Source: Podarcis bocagei (lineage: Eukaryota). From it: DNA of 64,000 nucleotides. Both the position numbers and the translations under genes were made by a program. Below the pieces are notes generated by a model that was given only the letters and a program-made list of their open reading frames with translations, did not search any database and was not told the origin of the DNA. Each line of letters opens with the position of its first letter. Within the stretch, counting starts at the first letter, position 1. Positions 34,855-47,900 of the stretch are shown piece by piece. Location: the NCBI GenBank assembly GCA_964188305.1, contig OZ076885.1. One strand, 5' to 3'.

Positions 34855-37800
34855 CGCAGAAAAAAAACCCCAAAAGACGTGGAGAGCAGAACATTTTTGG
34901 TCTCCCGCGCGACTAGGGAGTATAACAGGGCCTCTTTTCTTCTCTCTCCTCCCCTCAGCTTTTATGTCAACAAAGGCCTCCGCTTCAGAATGGCTACAGA
35001 GCCGCTGCTTGTTTTGCATTCCCTTGGTAACCAGGTAGTCTGTAGGAAACCTTAGTGCAAACTCTACAGTGGCTTCTGCCCTGTCTTCTACATAGGGGCC
35101 TCCAGTTTCTTTCCTGACTTCCTCGTTACCCAAAAGTTGCCACAATTGGCCCAAATGGGCTGTACCAGAAGGCTTGCTATGGCCATCCTGAGGGATTATA
35201 GGGAAGAGCCAGAGGGAAGGGGGGAAAAGGTGTCTTTCAAAAGGCCCATTGTGACTCGTTTTATACTGCACACAAGCTGTCGCACAAAGGCAGACTGGGA
35301 GATCTTATGGCCTAAAACTCTAATCGGGTGCTTGAAGGTTTTGCATAGAGTCTGTAAGCAGTCTCAAGGTGGATGACTCAATACACCTAAATTCTGTTTT
35401 TAGCTAAAAGGGAAACTTGGTTGGACATATTGAGAGTGACAGATCTGGCTTCAAGCATCTGTTGTCTTGATGTAGTCCTGGGGCAAGAGAAAGGATGATG
35501 TTCCACACAGTTTGGGAGAAACTGGGATGGAGGGGTGCTGGATTGTGTGTGCGTGCTTTGGGATGTAAGTTCTGGGATGTATTGTGAAAACACATCCCCT
35601 AAAGTGGATGAGTGGCAAATGAAGCCAACCCTTCTTGCTGGGTTGATAGAACAATCTGGGTCTCATTTCTACCCAGCAAGTCTGATAAGGAAGCAAGCAA
35701 ATGTTTTAAAACTTATTCTTCTCTTCAGGCCAGAGGCAGGGCAGAAAACTAAGCCCAACTCATTTATAAGACTCCAGGGGAGGAACTGAACATCTTGCCC
35801 TTCTGATCATTTTGTCAACACAAGCATTTCGGCTTGCAAGACGGGACAATCCTGAGCACAGTTCCCCCCCCCCAAAAAAAAACCCTGAACCAATTGGAGG
35901 GGCAGGGGGAGGAGAGTTGGGGGCAGGGTGAAGTCCTTGTTCAAGGCTTCTGCTGACAAGACTCAATAGTTGAATCCTAAGCCAGGTCCTCGGAAAAGTA
36001 GCAGTTCTGAGCAACCTCAGTCAATAGCATGGGAAAGAACAAAGTCCATGTCCTCCAGCCAAACCATTTCAATTTCATATACCAGAGGTAGCCAACACAA
36101 TTCTTTCCAGTTGTTGGACACCACCTTCAACATCTGGAGCTCCAGACAGCACAGCCAGTAGTCAGGGATGATGGAAGCTGTAGTTCAGCCACATCTAGCC
36201 ACCCCTGATATAGAACTTCATTCTGAGTTTTGGATCTGATGTTTGGCAGAGGATTGGTTGGAACAACCCAGTCATGGATTTCTCACATTGCTGTTTGGTT
36301 TCTCAACTTGGGAGGGAAAGATCCAACTTCCAATTTTCATCTTTCTGTTTTGTTTTGGGATTTTAACTTTTGGTCTAGTTCCTTTATCATTGGCAGTAAA
36401 GGGACGGGTTTGCCTCTTGATACAGTGGATGACAGCTGGGTTGTGAGTGAAGGAATTAGTCCTAGAGCTATTGGTGCTCTAGAGCTTTAAATAAAGCAAG
36501 CCCACAATTCTGTGCAAAGTAGTTGTGCAAACTTGCATATCTGTCTTGCACAATTTAGTCTACTTTTCCTAGTTTTGAAGAAGGGCAAAGAGCCATCAGA
36601 CTGAATCCCTTGTTTTCTCTTCCATTTTGTGAAATTTTGCCAGGCATCAGCTGGAAAGGTGTTCCTTTTTTTTAAAAAAAATAAACTTAAAATTTTAGGG
36701 TGCTAAATTTTGTACTCAGTACCAACTTCCACATTTGCATGCAGAGCATAGCCGCCACCATTTTAGTACACTCTGGTAGCCAGAAAGTCTGCCTAGGCGC
36801 TCCTAATCTTTTCTCTGTACTTTGAGAACTAGGAGGTTTCTCTTCTCTTAATATTAAAGGTCATATTTTCAAGATTCTGTATTATAATGTAGCTTCTGCA
36901 TTATCTATCATGCAGATTCCTACGACAACGTTCACCCTTCCCTGATGCTCTGTAAGGTGTTTGCCAGCTTGGGGACACATCTCTCGTTCCTGCTGAAGTC
37001 AATAGCAATAACTCTTAATTGGTTTGCAATCAAGTAAGATTGCTACTTTGACCTTTATACCAAGGTTCTTTTGAGCCGAGGCCACATTCATGCCATACTT
37101 TTAAACCACTGTTACCATTTTAAAAAGTTGTGGCTTCCCTCAAAGAATTATGGGAGCTGTAATTCATTCAGGATGCTGAGAGTTGTAGGAGAAGCCTATT
37201 CCCATCATAGAGCTCCTACAATTATTTGGGAGGAGCTGTGATTATTTATAGTGGTAGCCTAGTGCTTAAAATGTATCATGTGAAAGTGGATTTGGCCGCT
37301 GACTCCAAGGACAGGAGCCTTTTGTTGGACGATGATCCAGAGTCCAGAACCATCTTCTTTCACAGGACATGCACAGCCAGAAATTGGAGGCTTGTGTGCT
37401 GTCCCTTCTTCTACCAGTTTTATTAGTGATGTCTTAAGTTTATGGAACTTCATCTTACGGCCTTTAGTCCCCTTTAAGTGATGATTGGCCTTAGAGGCAT
37501 TCCAGCAAATTTTGTTGTGTGTTCCTGGCGGCACAACATGTCTGGCAGACTCCATGATGGACAAGCCATGATCTCAAGATGTTTGGACCACTCAAAAGAC
37601 TGTTGGGGGAGAGGAGAAGTAGGTCAGCTTGGGCATTGCAACAAGGCCCTTCTTTCTTTTTAGAGTATCTCCTTAAAAAAAACCAAAGCCTCTCTTTCTC
37701 CCTTAAAGCTCACGCTTATTGCACAGGACTGACACAGGCTGTGGGACTGGGATGGTTCTGCTATGGCATCTAGTAGCTACATTAGGAATCAGTAGGTCTG

Positions 37801-40552
37801 CTGTCTTATCTGGACTTCCTGAGTGAAAAATGTACCTGCGATCCTGGAAATAACGAAGGTGCTAGGGAGTTTTGTCCTATTCTATTGCTCGCTTCTATCT
37901 TCTGCTTCTGTCTCCAAACAGAATCTTAAGCTGGTGCATTTTGCTGCATTCAGTGGCTTGGCTTGTTTATGGCTCTACCTTGTAAGTTGCTACCATCAGA
38001 TGCTGTCATTCTCTATCCCAGGATTAGGTGAGCTTTTCTGTTGGGGGCCACATTCCCAGGCAGGAATAGTCTGTCAGGGGCCACATTCCAACAGCACGTG
38101 GGACCCAGAGTCAAAGGTAGGTGGGGCCACCTCCTTGCTTTCTCTCTCTGCCACCCTCTTTCCCCATATTTTTGCTCTGAAACTAGGTCCAGGACTATGT
38201 CTTGGGGCCACAGGTCACGTCCCCCTCCTCCTGCTGCCCTTTTTTTGTGGCATCTTCTCTCAGCTCAGGCTGTTGTGCTAATAAAACCAAAAAGTGTGCT
38301 GGCAGAGAAAATAAGTGTTTAGGAAGAAGAAGCATAATGAAATAAATTTGAATACTTTGGGGACTACAGCAAGTGCAGGCAGATGAATGCGGAAAGTTGC
38401 TGGTGAAGCCAAAATGAAAGCTGCAGCCTGCCGCTTACTGATTTTTGTACTTCCAGAGCTTTCTTATTCCACACCCCTCCTATTCCCTATCACAGCCCTG
38501 CTCACATCTGATATAGCGGGGTCCGTTGTCAATAAATGTTGATCTTTAATTGCTCACAGGCAAAGAATAGCCAACTGTTGACCCACTGGCAAAATGTGTC
38601 CCACAACAAAAGGTAGGCATAGCTTGACCCGGCAGTGGGTGGAGCCAAAGTGGGTGGAATTTGAAGGCTTGCAAAATAGCTCTCACCCCTCAATCCCTTC
38701 TCTCTCTCTGTCTTTGCTCACATACAAACACGTAAAGGGGAAGTGATTTTTAGGAGGACTTCTCAAAGAGCAACAGTGAGACTAGATAACAATGGGGAAA
38801 GCCTTAGCTTTCATCATTGGGTGGGTGGAGCATGTATGAGTCACAGATGCCTGTCGGAGTTTGATCTCTCTACCACTAGCGTATCAAATGCCACTGTTTT
38901 CACAAGCACCTTAGACTCCCAGAAAGTGTTGCGGTCTCATTTGGGTGAGTATATACCAAGGAACAAGGGTTTATTTTTATACCATGTAACTAAGATTCTG
39001 TCTGGCGATTTCTATTTAAGCTATATTAAAAAGAAAAGAAAAAAGTATTGTATATTGTCCCTGCCACATAATTTTATTGCTATATCAGCACACTGTTGTA
39101 TAAAGATATTGTTAGTTCAACAAAAATGGCATTAACGAGATCTCCTTTATCTGAATTTAGATGAAAGCACTTTATTTCAAAGTACATGTGTTTGTGACCA
39201 ACATTATTCAGATATAATATTGCTGGGCGGTTTAGTTCATTTTGAAATGGACGACGCAGCCCCAAATGATGCGCATTTTAGTTACGTGTCATTAGCTCCG
39301 TCAGTCAGGACCCAGGGAACTTTGCAATCTCCCTGGGCATTCTGTTGGGTGAACCTAGGAGAAAAGGGGCATCCAGGTATTTTCTATCAGGGCAAGGACA
39401 CACAGAGAAGGAAAACCCCAGAAGAATCTTTGTTCTAGCTTGGCTAGGAACCACTCTTTCCTGTGGCATTTTGAGATTCCTCGCTGGGTGGGGTGGGGGT
39501 GGAGGTGGGGAAGGGTCTTTTGGGAACTGCACACTGCCTTGTTTTCCAAAGAGGAGTGAATGTTTTTGATGTGGTTCTGTGGATTGGAGGATTGGGCCAG
39601 GTTCCTACTTCATGGCTGGTTCACTCGTCCCAAGTTTTTCCACTGCTTTTCAGTCTTTTCCTTGTACAGTATTTATTGCTTGTAATGATTATGATAGCAG
39701 AAAGGAATGGACATTCTAGCAGTGCTGAATGAGACCTCGCTCTTGGAGGATATATGTGTGTGTGTGAAGTGCCAAAAGGTAAGCAAGATGACCGTTGTCT
39801 CTTTAAATGAATAAACTCTATTGTTAACAAACTGCAAATAGCCCATGTCTCCGTTATTCAGGGCTGGTGGAAAGTGAAGACCCTTTCTGCACCTTAATCC
39901 TCCAGGGTTTGTAGAATCAATCAAGAGCTGGAACTCTTAATCTCTTGTTTCACCAGATCTCCAGGGTAATGAAGTAGGTAGCAGCTCACAGCTACGCTCC
40001 AAAGCCAGTTGAGCTGTGTTAATTACCAATTAATATATTGGTTAAGTACAGGAGAATATGATGTACTCCTAACTTCTTGAATGAAGCCTGACTCTCTGTG
40101 ATGACAGTGATCATTTTATTAGTGGCAGCGTTGGCACCCTCAATATAACTAAGAAGGCAGCAATGGTCTGTTGCCCAGTTTTCCTACCATGAATTTCATG
40201 CAGAATTCTCTTACCATCTCTCTCAAATTCACCCATCTCGTATCGCAGGCTAGCAGCCCCTTCTTGTGATCCAGCCAACTGCTGCTTAGTTACCTTATAC
40301 AGCTGAGCTGGGAAAGGCTGCTGTAGTCACAAGTAGCCTACACTGGCCTACATGTTCAGTGGTCTGAGCAATGGTTGCTTTTCTGAGGAAAAGCAGCATA
40401 TATTTGCATGCAACAGTTTAGTGTTTTGAGATGATGTCAATGAAATGTTATCTCCTAATTTCTGAGCCTAAAGCAGATTCTCCTGCTACACTTAACCTAT
40501 TTTACAACTGTGAGGCCTAGAAACGTCAAGAAAAAGGCGAGACTTTCAATTA

Positions 40553-40794
40553 CAGTGGTACCTCGGGTTACATACGCTTCAGGTTACATACGGTTCAGGT
40601 TGCAGACTCCGCTAACCCAGAAATAGTACCTCGGGTTAAGAACTTTGCTTCAGGATGAGAACAGAAATCGTGCTCTGGTGGCGCGGCAGCAGCAGGAGGC
40701 CCCATTAGCTAAAGTGGTGCTTCAGGTTAAGAACAATTTCAGGTTAAGAACGGACCTCTGGAACGAATTAAGTACTTAACCCGAGGTACCACTG
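40553..40794. mobile_element. Tc1/mariner (pogo/Tigger-like) MITE
   Basis: TIR CAGTGGTACCTCGGGTTA / TAACCCGAGGTACCACTG; TA TSD. Confidence 0.9.
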
Positions 40795-42240
40795 TATATC
40801 TTTACATAACACTTGATATCCTACAGTTCCTGCCCTATAACTCTGCTGTCCTGATAAGTCAGTAGCAGTAACATTTCATTGCTCCATGAATTGCTAACTT
40901 CCCGTGCGCCCCCTCAAAAGCCGGAGCCAGCTGTAGCCTAAAGAGTTTAGGAGGGCATCTATTTGTTCTGCCTCAGGACTCCAGAAACATTCCAGCTGGC
41001 CTCCTGCAATAGAGCAACATTAAAGTCCCCCTGTATCTGGTTTGTCTTCAGACAGGTTTACAGCTGGACTAAAGCCTGAGGATGGACAAGGACTTGAAGC
41101 AAAGCCAAGGGAGGCTAGTCTTTCAATGGGCAGCTGGATCCCCCTTCAGATAAGAATGCAAAGCACTCTCCACTGGGACCATGAAATGGGTGTGAGCCAG
41201 CAGCTAAATGTAGCCAGCATCAGATTTCAAAGTCTTCTGTGAAGCTATAAAGCGAGATCCAGCTGCTTGGGAGTGGGTGTGTATTTAAGCAACAGGGTGC
41301 TACTGAAAAGTTTGATGACAAGCCCAGAAAGAAACCAAAGCCCTGTTCACAAAGCAGGCACTTCTCAAACAGCTGCCCTGGGTGGGGATAGAGCAATAGC
41401 GTATAGTTGATTTACATCATCCAGCTGAAATTCTCTGCAGAAAAGCTGTAATGAGAACTTTCGTGGGGCATTTAATTTCCCTCCGATTAGCTGAAGACGC
41501 CAAAGCTCCCTTGACTTGCTAATTCACTTCCTATAAAACTCACTTTAGTCTTTTGTACCTCAAAATACACCCAACCATTCTCCACCTGGCAAATGGGGGA
41601 AATTGCCATTTAACCCTGTAAGACCACAGCTGATCTAGAAATCAATACAGTTAAGAACAAAGCCAGTAACATAGTCACTTGTGCCAGTGTTGCACAAGGA
41701 AGTCGGTGCAGCTCTAGTACAAGCTCACTATCCTAATTCCTTGGGTATTAGCCAATACAAGGCCGGAAATCACAATGAAGCCCAAAAAATGTTCAGTTAC
41801 TAAAGATCATGAACATGCTATTTTAGCAAGCAAATACAGTTTCAGATACGTACAGTAAATGAGTTGCTGGTTCCATGCCCAACACACAAAGCAGTTTTTT
41901 TTGTAGACGAGGCCTGTTTGTTATAAGGGCTGCAATTCTGATAACTGAAAATGGATTAGACATTAGCATTGCTCTAAGAACCCAATTTCCAGGGTTTTTT
42001 CCTTTCTCAAAAGCAGCATCAATAGAAGTCTGACTCTGATCCCACAGTGGATGTGGGAAGCTTGTTGAGCCCTTTCTCTGCTAGGTTTTGAGAAAACTAA
42101 TGCTGGAAGGGAGACAACTACAGCCTGAACATCCAGACATTTTTCAGTCCCATTTTGGGTTGGGAATGGTATGTTATGAGACAAAGCCTTATTTTTCTAT
42201 ATAACCTCTATTTTTCGGGGGCTGCCACCTTTGAGGTGCA

Positions 42241-42481
42241 CAGTCAAACCTCAGTTCCCGAATGACTCCATTCTGGAATGTTTTGGCTTCCAAACCCCGA
42301 AAACCCGGAAGTAAATGCTCTGGTTTTCGAATGTTTCTCGGAAGCCAAATGTCCAACATGGCTTCCGCTTGAGTGCAAGAAGCTCCTGCAGCCAATAAGA
42401 AGCCGTGGCTCGGTTGTCAAACATTTCGGAAGCCGAACAGGCTTCCGGAATGGATTATGTTCGACAACCAAGGTTTGACTG
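42241..42481. mobile_element. Tc1/mariner-like MITE, second subfamily
   Basis: Ends CAGTCAAACCTC / AAGGTTTGACTG; 3' flank TA, 5' flank CA. Confidence 0.65.
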
Positions 42482-44549
42482 TACCCTTGGGCTTGACTGC
42501 CCTTGAACATGCCAGGGACAAAAATGTATACTCAACTGTCTTATGCTCAGGAAAACCCAATTACTTTTCTTATCAAACATATTTCAAAACTTCTCATCTA
42601 AACCTTCTTTTGGACTACCACTCCATCAACACCAGCTAGCACAGAAAACTGCTCTAGACTCTTTTCATTCTTTTATAGCGTCAGGCCCTAAATACAAGAT
42701 GTGTAATAGAAACTTGCTGCAGCAGCAGCAGCAGCTGTGTAATTTTAGTGAACAATTGTATTTCATAGAGCCATCCGTCATACTGTCCACATGCGTAGGA
42801 TTTACGGCTGGGACTGTCTTACTTTGGCAGGAGAATTGGGAATGACTTCTCCAGATAACCACTGCAAATCAGTTTTCCAGCCATTGATCTTAAGCTTCTA
42901 AATATTTGAACCCCATTCTTTAGTCCAGCAATTTGTTCTGGCAGAATGTAAACACATAGCATAAGCATAACTAAACCTACTGCAGCTGCTTTTGAAATCT
43001 AGAGAGAATTAAGTGCTACCTTGTCACAAACCGACATCCCATTATGTTGGGCAAAACTGCCATCTTGTGAGCAACTTGCCACAATAAATACCAAAGGCAA
43101 ATTTTAAGCTAGAAAGAATCCAATAGAACAGCAGCGCTTGGATGTATAGAGTAACAAGATTTGTCACATTACATTTCATAAGCAATAGCTTACTTCTGGA
43201 AGACCTATCAATCTCCATACAGGCATCTTAGTAGGCCAGCCTGTTCCTTGCTGACAATTTTGGCCATTACAGGTTTTAAGAAGTTAATGCACACATTTTC
43301 TTCTTGGATTTAGTCTTAGATATGTCCCACACAGTAAGGACATTGCTGACATAATGGTAGTTTACCAAGCATAGACTAACCCAAAGTGTAAATGAAATCC
43401 TCGCTTGAATCACATCACAGCTGCCACAAACTGAGGCAACAATCAGAAATAGACCAGATCAGAAATGTCACACCAGATGTCTCTTCCAATAGTCAACAAC
43501 ATTGTATTAGAGGGGTGTGGCGCATCTTTAATTAGCACATCAAACCCTCCCTCCCACTTTTAGACTTAGCTCCTCGTTTCCTCAATATGTCAACAAAATC
43601 TGAACACAAAACTGCAAACTCTTTAAAAAGAAGCCTGCAACAGAAATAGCAACAAAGTATGCAAAATAAGTTTGTTGTAGATATTTGCACCAATTTAATT
43701 TAATTGTAGAATGTGGGGCTTTCAACTGTAAAATTTTGGAATTATTCCCAAGAATGCAGTTTTGGATAGGCTAATGGAACATCACTTACATCCTCCAAGA
43801 CTGTATTAGAAGCACATGTTGAATCACTCTTAGTCGCTATCACCATCTCTCTGCAAAATGTGTAACACAGCCTGTTCTTTTTGGAGTGTGGCAGAAGCTA
43901 CATCCTCCAACAATCCTATCATGGCACAATTCTGAAGAGATCTGAGGACCGCAGTTACAGCACATGAAAAGGCTTTCTATCCTATGCCTTTCAGTTTTCC
44001 TGTTGTAATTAACAGTCCAAATGCATTTTATGCAACAATTCCCCACCACCACCACCATGGGAAAGGCTCTAGCACTGTAAAAAACCCACAGATATATTAA
44101 CTTCTATACATGCATATAATGCTGAGGTCATATACAACTGTGGCTTAATATGCTGCTGCCCACAACTCTCAATGCTTTCATTCTGCTTCCTTTTAAAGGG
44201 GTTTAATAAGGTATAACTTGGAAAGAGCCAGGATTTGATGGGCATTAAAGATTTCTGCTACTAATGCCTGTTCACAGATAAAAGGCCACCACAGAGATAA
44301 TACAGCTGAGCACCCGTCCGAAGAAAACAGGAAATATGTCATTAGTCCAAGATGTGTTGCAAACTTTTCTAAGGAATTTCTGGAAAGCAAGGGGGGGGGG
44401 GAATGTCCTAAACCTGCAAGCTGGAATACGAGGCCTCTGTCTTTTGCCTTCTATTCTCTATTATAGAAGTAAGACTATTACTTAGCTGAAATATCTTCCC
44501 TCCTATCTCTCTACTCAGATAAGAGCCAGTACGTCTTCTTTAAGTTATG

Positions 44550-44555
44550 TTTATT
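44550..44555 (-). promoter_or_regulatory. Probable AHSA1 polyadenylation signal AATAAA
   Basis: First AATAAA I found on the minus strand, ~230 nt after the AHSA1 stop. Confidence 0.55.
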
Positions 44556-44787
44556 TAGCAATACGGGTGTATATACATTTATGAGAATCCACCTTTTGAA
44601 TCCCCTGCAGCAGGAGACATGCATGAGCAGTGACAAGTTGGAATCTGTGCTGCTCAGTGGCCTTCAAGGCCATCCGGCCATCCTGCTTATCACAACAGTG
44701 AAACAAAGGATAAGAAAGGGACAGACAAGAAGCAAATCAGTTCACACGGCAGAATCTTTGGGTAGAGACTCTCCGCAGTAGCCAGTG

Positions 44788-44960
44788 TTAAAACAATCGG
44801 GCTCCATAACCAAATGTCTGTTTTATGCCCTCAAAATAGTATCGTTGCCAGCCCTCCCTTGTTCTCTCTTCTTCGTTGGCTGGGATGCCCCTTCCTTCCA
44901 GGCGGATTTCTGTTTCACCAGCTTTGTCGATGAACGTCAAAGTGATGGTTGCAAAGTGTC
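44788..44960 (-). CDS. AHSA1: AHSA1 exon 9 (stop)
   Basis: GHFATITLTFIDKAGETEIRLEGRGIPANEEERTREGWQRYYFEGIKQTFGYGARLF*. Confidence 0.95.
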
Positions 44961-47900
44961 CTAAAAGAGCCAAAGAAAAACCCCAACATTCAGCAGGGTG
45001 ACACAGCCTGGAGAAACACAGCCAGACAAACTATCTGCTTCTTTCCTGATATGGTTAAGAGAAGAAACCTGCTCTTCTTCCCAAGATCGCAACAGCTGGG
45101 AAACACTCAACTCTTAACCAATCTACCCTTTAAATACGTCATATCCTGTATGATAGGGCAGATTCCCAGTAATAAGTACAGCCAATGCACCAGTTGCCGT
45201 ACAGGCCAAGCAAAAACATAGCACAACCAAGGCCAAGGCTAGTAACCAACTGAGAAATGCTTGTGCTTTCAATTTAATGATGGGCACCACTGCTAGTACA
45301 ACATAGTCAGAGTATAGCTGAAACATATGTAGTTTTCTACTTTGTTATATGAAGTAGAATAACTTACCCTCTGGCCATGTTTTAAATCTCCACTTCATTG
45401 CAATCTGCTTCTCAGGAACCTGGAAAGGAAGGGAAGCCTAGTTATCTACCAGGTATATTTTCATTTGAATACCAAGAGAGTGACAGAGATTATACTGAAA
45501 AAAGCTGGGGTGTGTGTGTCAATATTATGTGAGAGTAGCTCAGGGTCTAAATACATATAACGCTTAATGAGTAATGTGCAACTACATCTCTTTTTTCTAT
45601 AATTAACAAGCGCAACAGAGCAACTGTTATCAGAACTGCACTGTGCAAAGAAAGGAGGTTCTGTCTGTCTGTCTGTCTACTTCCTCCTCCTCCTTTCCCA
45701 GTCCAGGACTCAAGGCAGCTTATGCACATAAAACAGAAATAGCTAAAAACACAATAAAGACAATCATTTAAAGGTAATGAAATATAAATAGAGTAGTGTT
45801 TAAAAGATCCATTAAGAACACCAACAACAGCAATAAAAACATCACAAAACCAGTCCTTTCCTCAAAATACCAACTCCTATTGTAGAGAGATTTATTGAGA
45901 TCAAAATGATCTAAGTTTAGCTACAGTTCACCAAGCTTGCCTTCATAACATTTCTTCTCTGAACCAGACATGGTTCAGAAATAACCACAGTTTAGAAGGA
46001 TGAAGGTTGCCGTGCGTACACTGTCTCCTCCCCTCCCCTCCTGCTCTGTAGTAAATAACCTCCAGGATTTCTTAAACTGATTACCTCTTACATCTAAACC
46101 AGGAAAGCATCATTTTCATTCTGACAGTGCAAAGGGGAAGGAGGAAGGAGCATAAAGGTGCAATGCTTGTGTCTGCCTAATCAAACTGAGTTTGTTATGT
46201 CTGAACTCGGCCAATATTATCCATTTGTTTTTTGGAAAAGATGTGTATTTCCAGCTAAACCATCAGCAACACAAAAGAGTCTATCCAATTTTAGACTTGG
46301 TAAGGTAGTACAGGCATTAGCATTATTATTATTATTACTATTATTATTATCTGTACAACACCCTTCATCCAAAGATCACAGGGCAGTTCGCAACATAAAT
46401 GTTCAGAGCATTACAAAAGAAACAGATCATGGGCTAAAAAGAAGGCACGTCCCAGCTACTGAGCAACAGAAAATGTATTGTCAACAGTACTTACTAGTTC
46501 AGTGAACTCTCCAGTGACACTGCCATCTAGCAGCTGGAATTTTCCTCCTTTGTCAGCCTCCAAAAAGGCAGGTGAGTGAGTAAAAGCCTGGACCATCTGC
46601 AGAAAAAAAATTTATGATCAGTGAGTCAAGTAGCAAGGTGACCCATTGCATTAAAATGGCTATGACTTCCACCCAATCTACTGAAACAACAGAAATAGAT
46701 GCTTGATTCTAGCACTCTGGAATCTGAGTCCTGATTCCAGTACCATCTCCACTGGGGACGGGGGCACTTTCAAGGATGAAAGTAGCACCTCTTGGCTGCC
46801 ACTTCATTTCCAAATAAGCAGAAGCAAATGCTCATCTCTGTGGGAGCTTGTTTGGAAGTAGGTCTCCTGCTGAAAGAACATATAACCCTTCCAGACTGAG
46901 AAGAAACAAAGTGACCCATAACCCCTGAAATATCTCCTAGAGGCCTAGAGGTCGCTTCTGCTGCAGAGTACCAACCACAACACCCTCTGTGTGCGAGCTA
47001 ATAGGAGAAACATGGGGAGGACATTAGTCTAAGCAACCAGTAGAGATATTTATAACCAAATCTAATCTAAGAAGCATACAAGGACTTCTCGACAGAAAAG
47101 GACCTATAGACAGACCTGCAACTTACCTCTTGTGTGATAAACACTCTATACAGTTCATCTGGAGATGTTAAGAAAACGTCCTTCAAGTTTATCTTGCAAG
47201 TAGGAATCTTGACTCCTACCGATTTGGATTTAAGTGCATTGCCAGCAACTGGTTCAGTGGTCTAAAAATAGAATAAGTTACAATGAAAAACATATATTAA
47301 CTGATAGTTTATTTTTTTAGTTGATTTACAAACTTTTTTTAAATAAAAGAACAGCACTCAAAATACAATCTAAAAATTGTGAAAACAATAGAAACTATAT
47401 GCAATACAAATCAGTACAAGCACAACCTAAAAGCCAGATGCAATCAATATAAAACCAGCATAAAAAGCAAGCAAGCGGGGGGTGGGGGGTGGGAATTGTA
47501 TACATGTAAACAGCACTAGGAATGCAGTGTAACACTATGGCGCTCCCAAGACCCCCAAGCCTTGCTGCACTAGCAGAAATCCTTGGGCAGGCTCCCACTA
47601 GCAGAGCTAGTAGCTGAATCCCGCTCCAGACATGGGAAAATAAAAATATCTTCACCTGGTAGCTAAAGGTCCACAACGTAGATGCCAGGCAAGCCTCTGC
47701 TGGGAAAGCATTCCATAAATGGGATGCCACCAAGGAAAATACTCTCTCCCTAGGCCACTTGCCTCATTTTGCTTGGGGCGGGGGGAGATTTGGAGCAAAA
47801 TAATTAATCCAGAACCCTGCTAATAAGATGGCTCATTCCCTGCAGCTGCTGCAAGAGCAAGGCACCAACCTGCAGCCACTTTTCTTCCTCACTGGACTCC

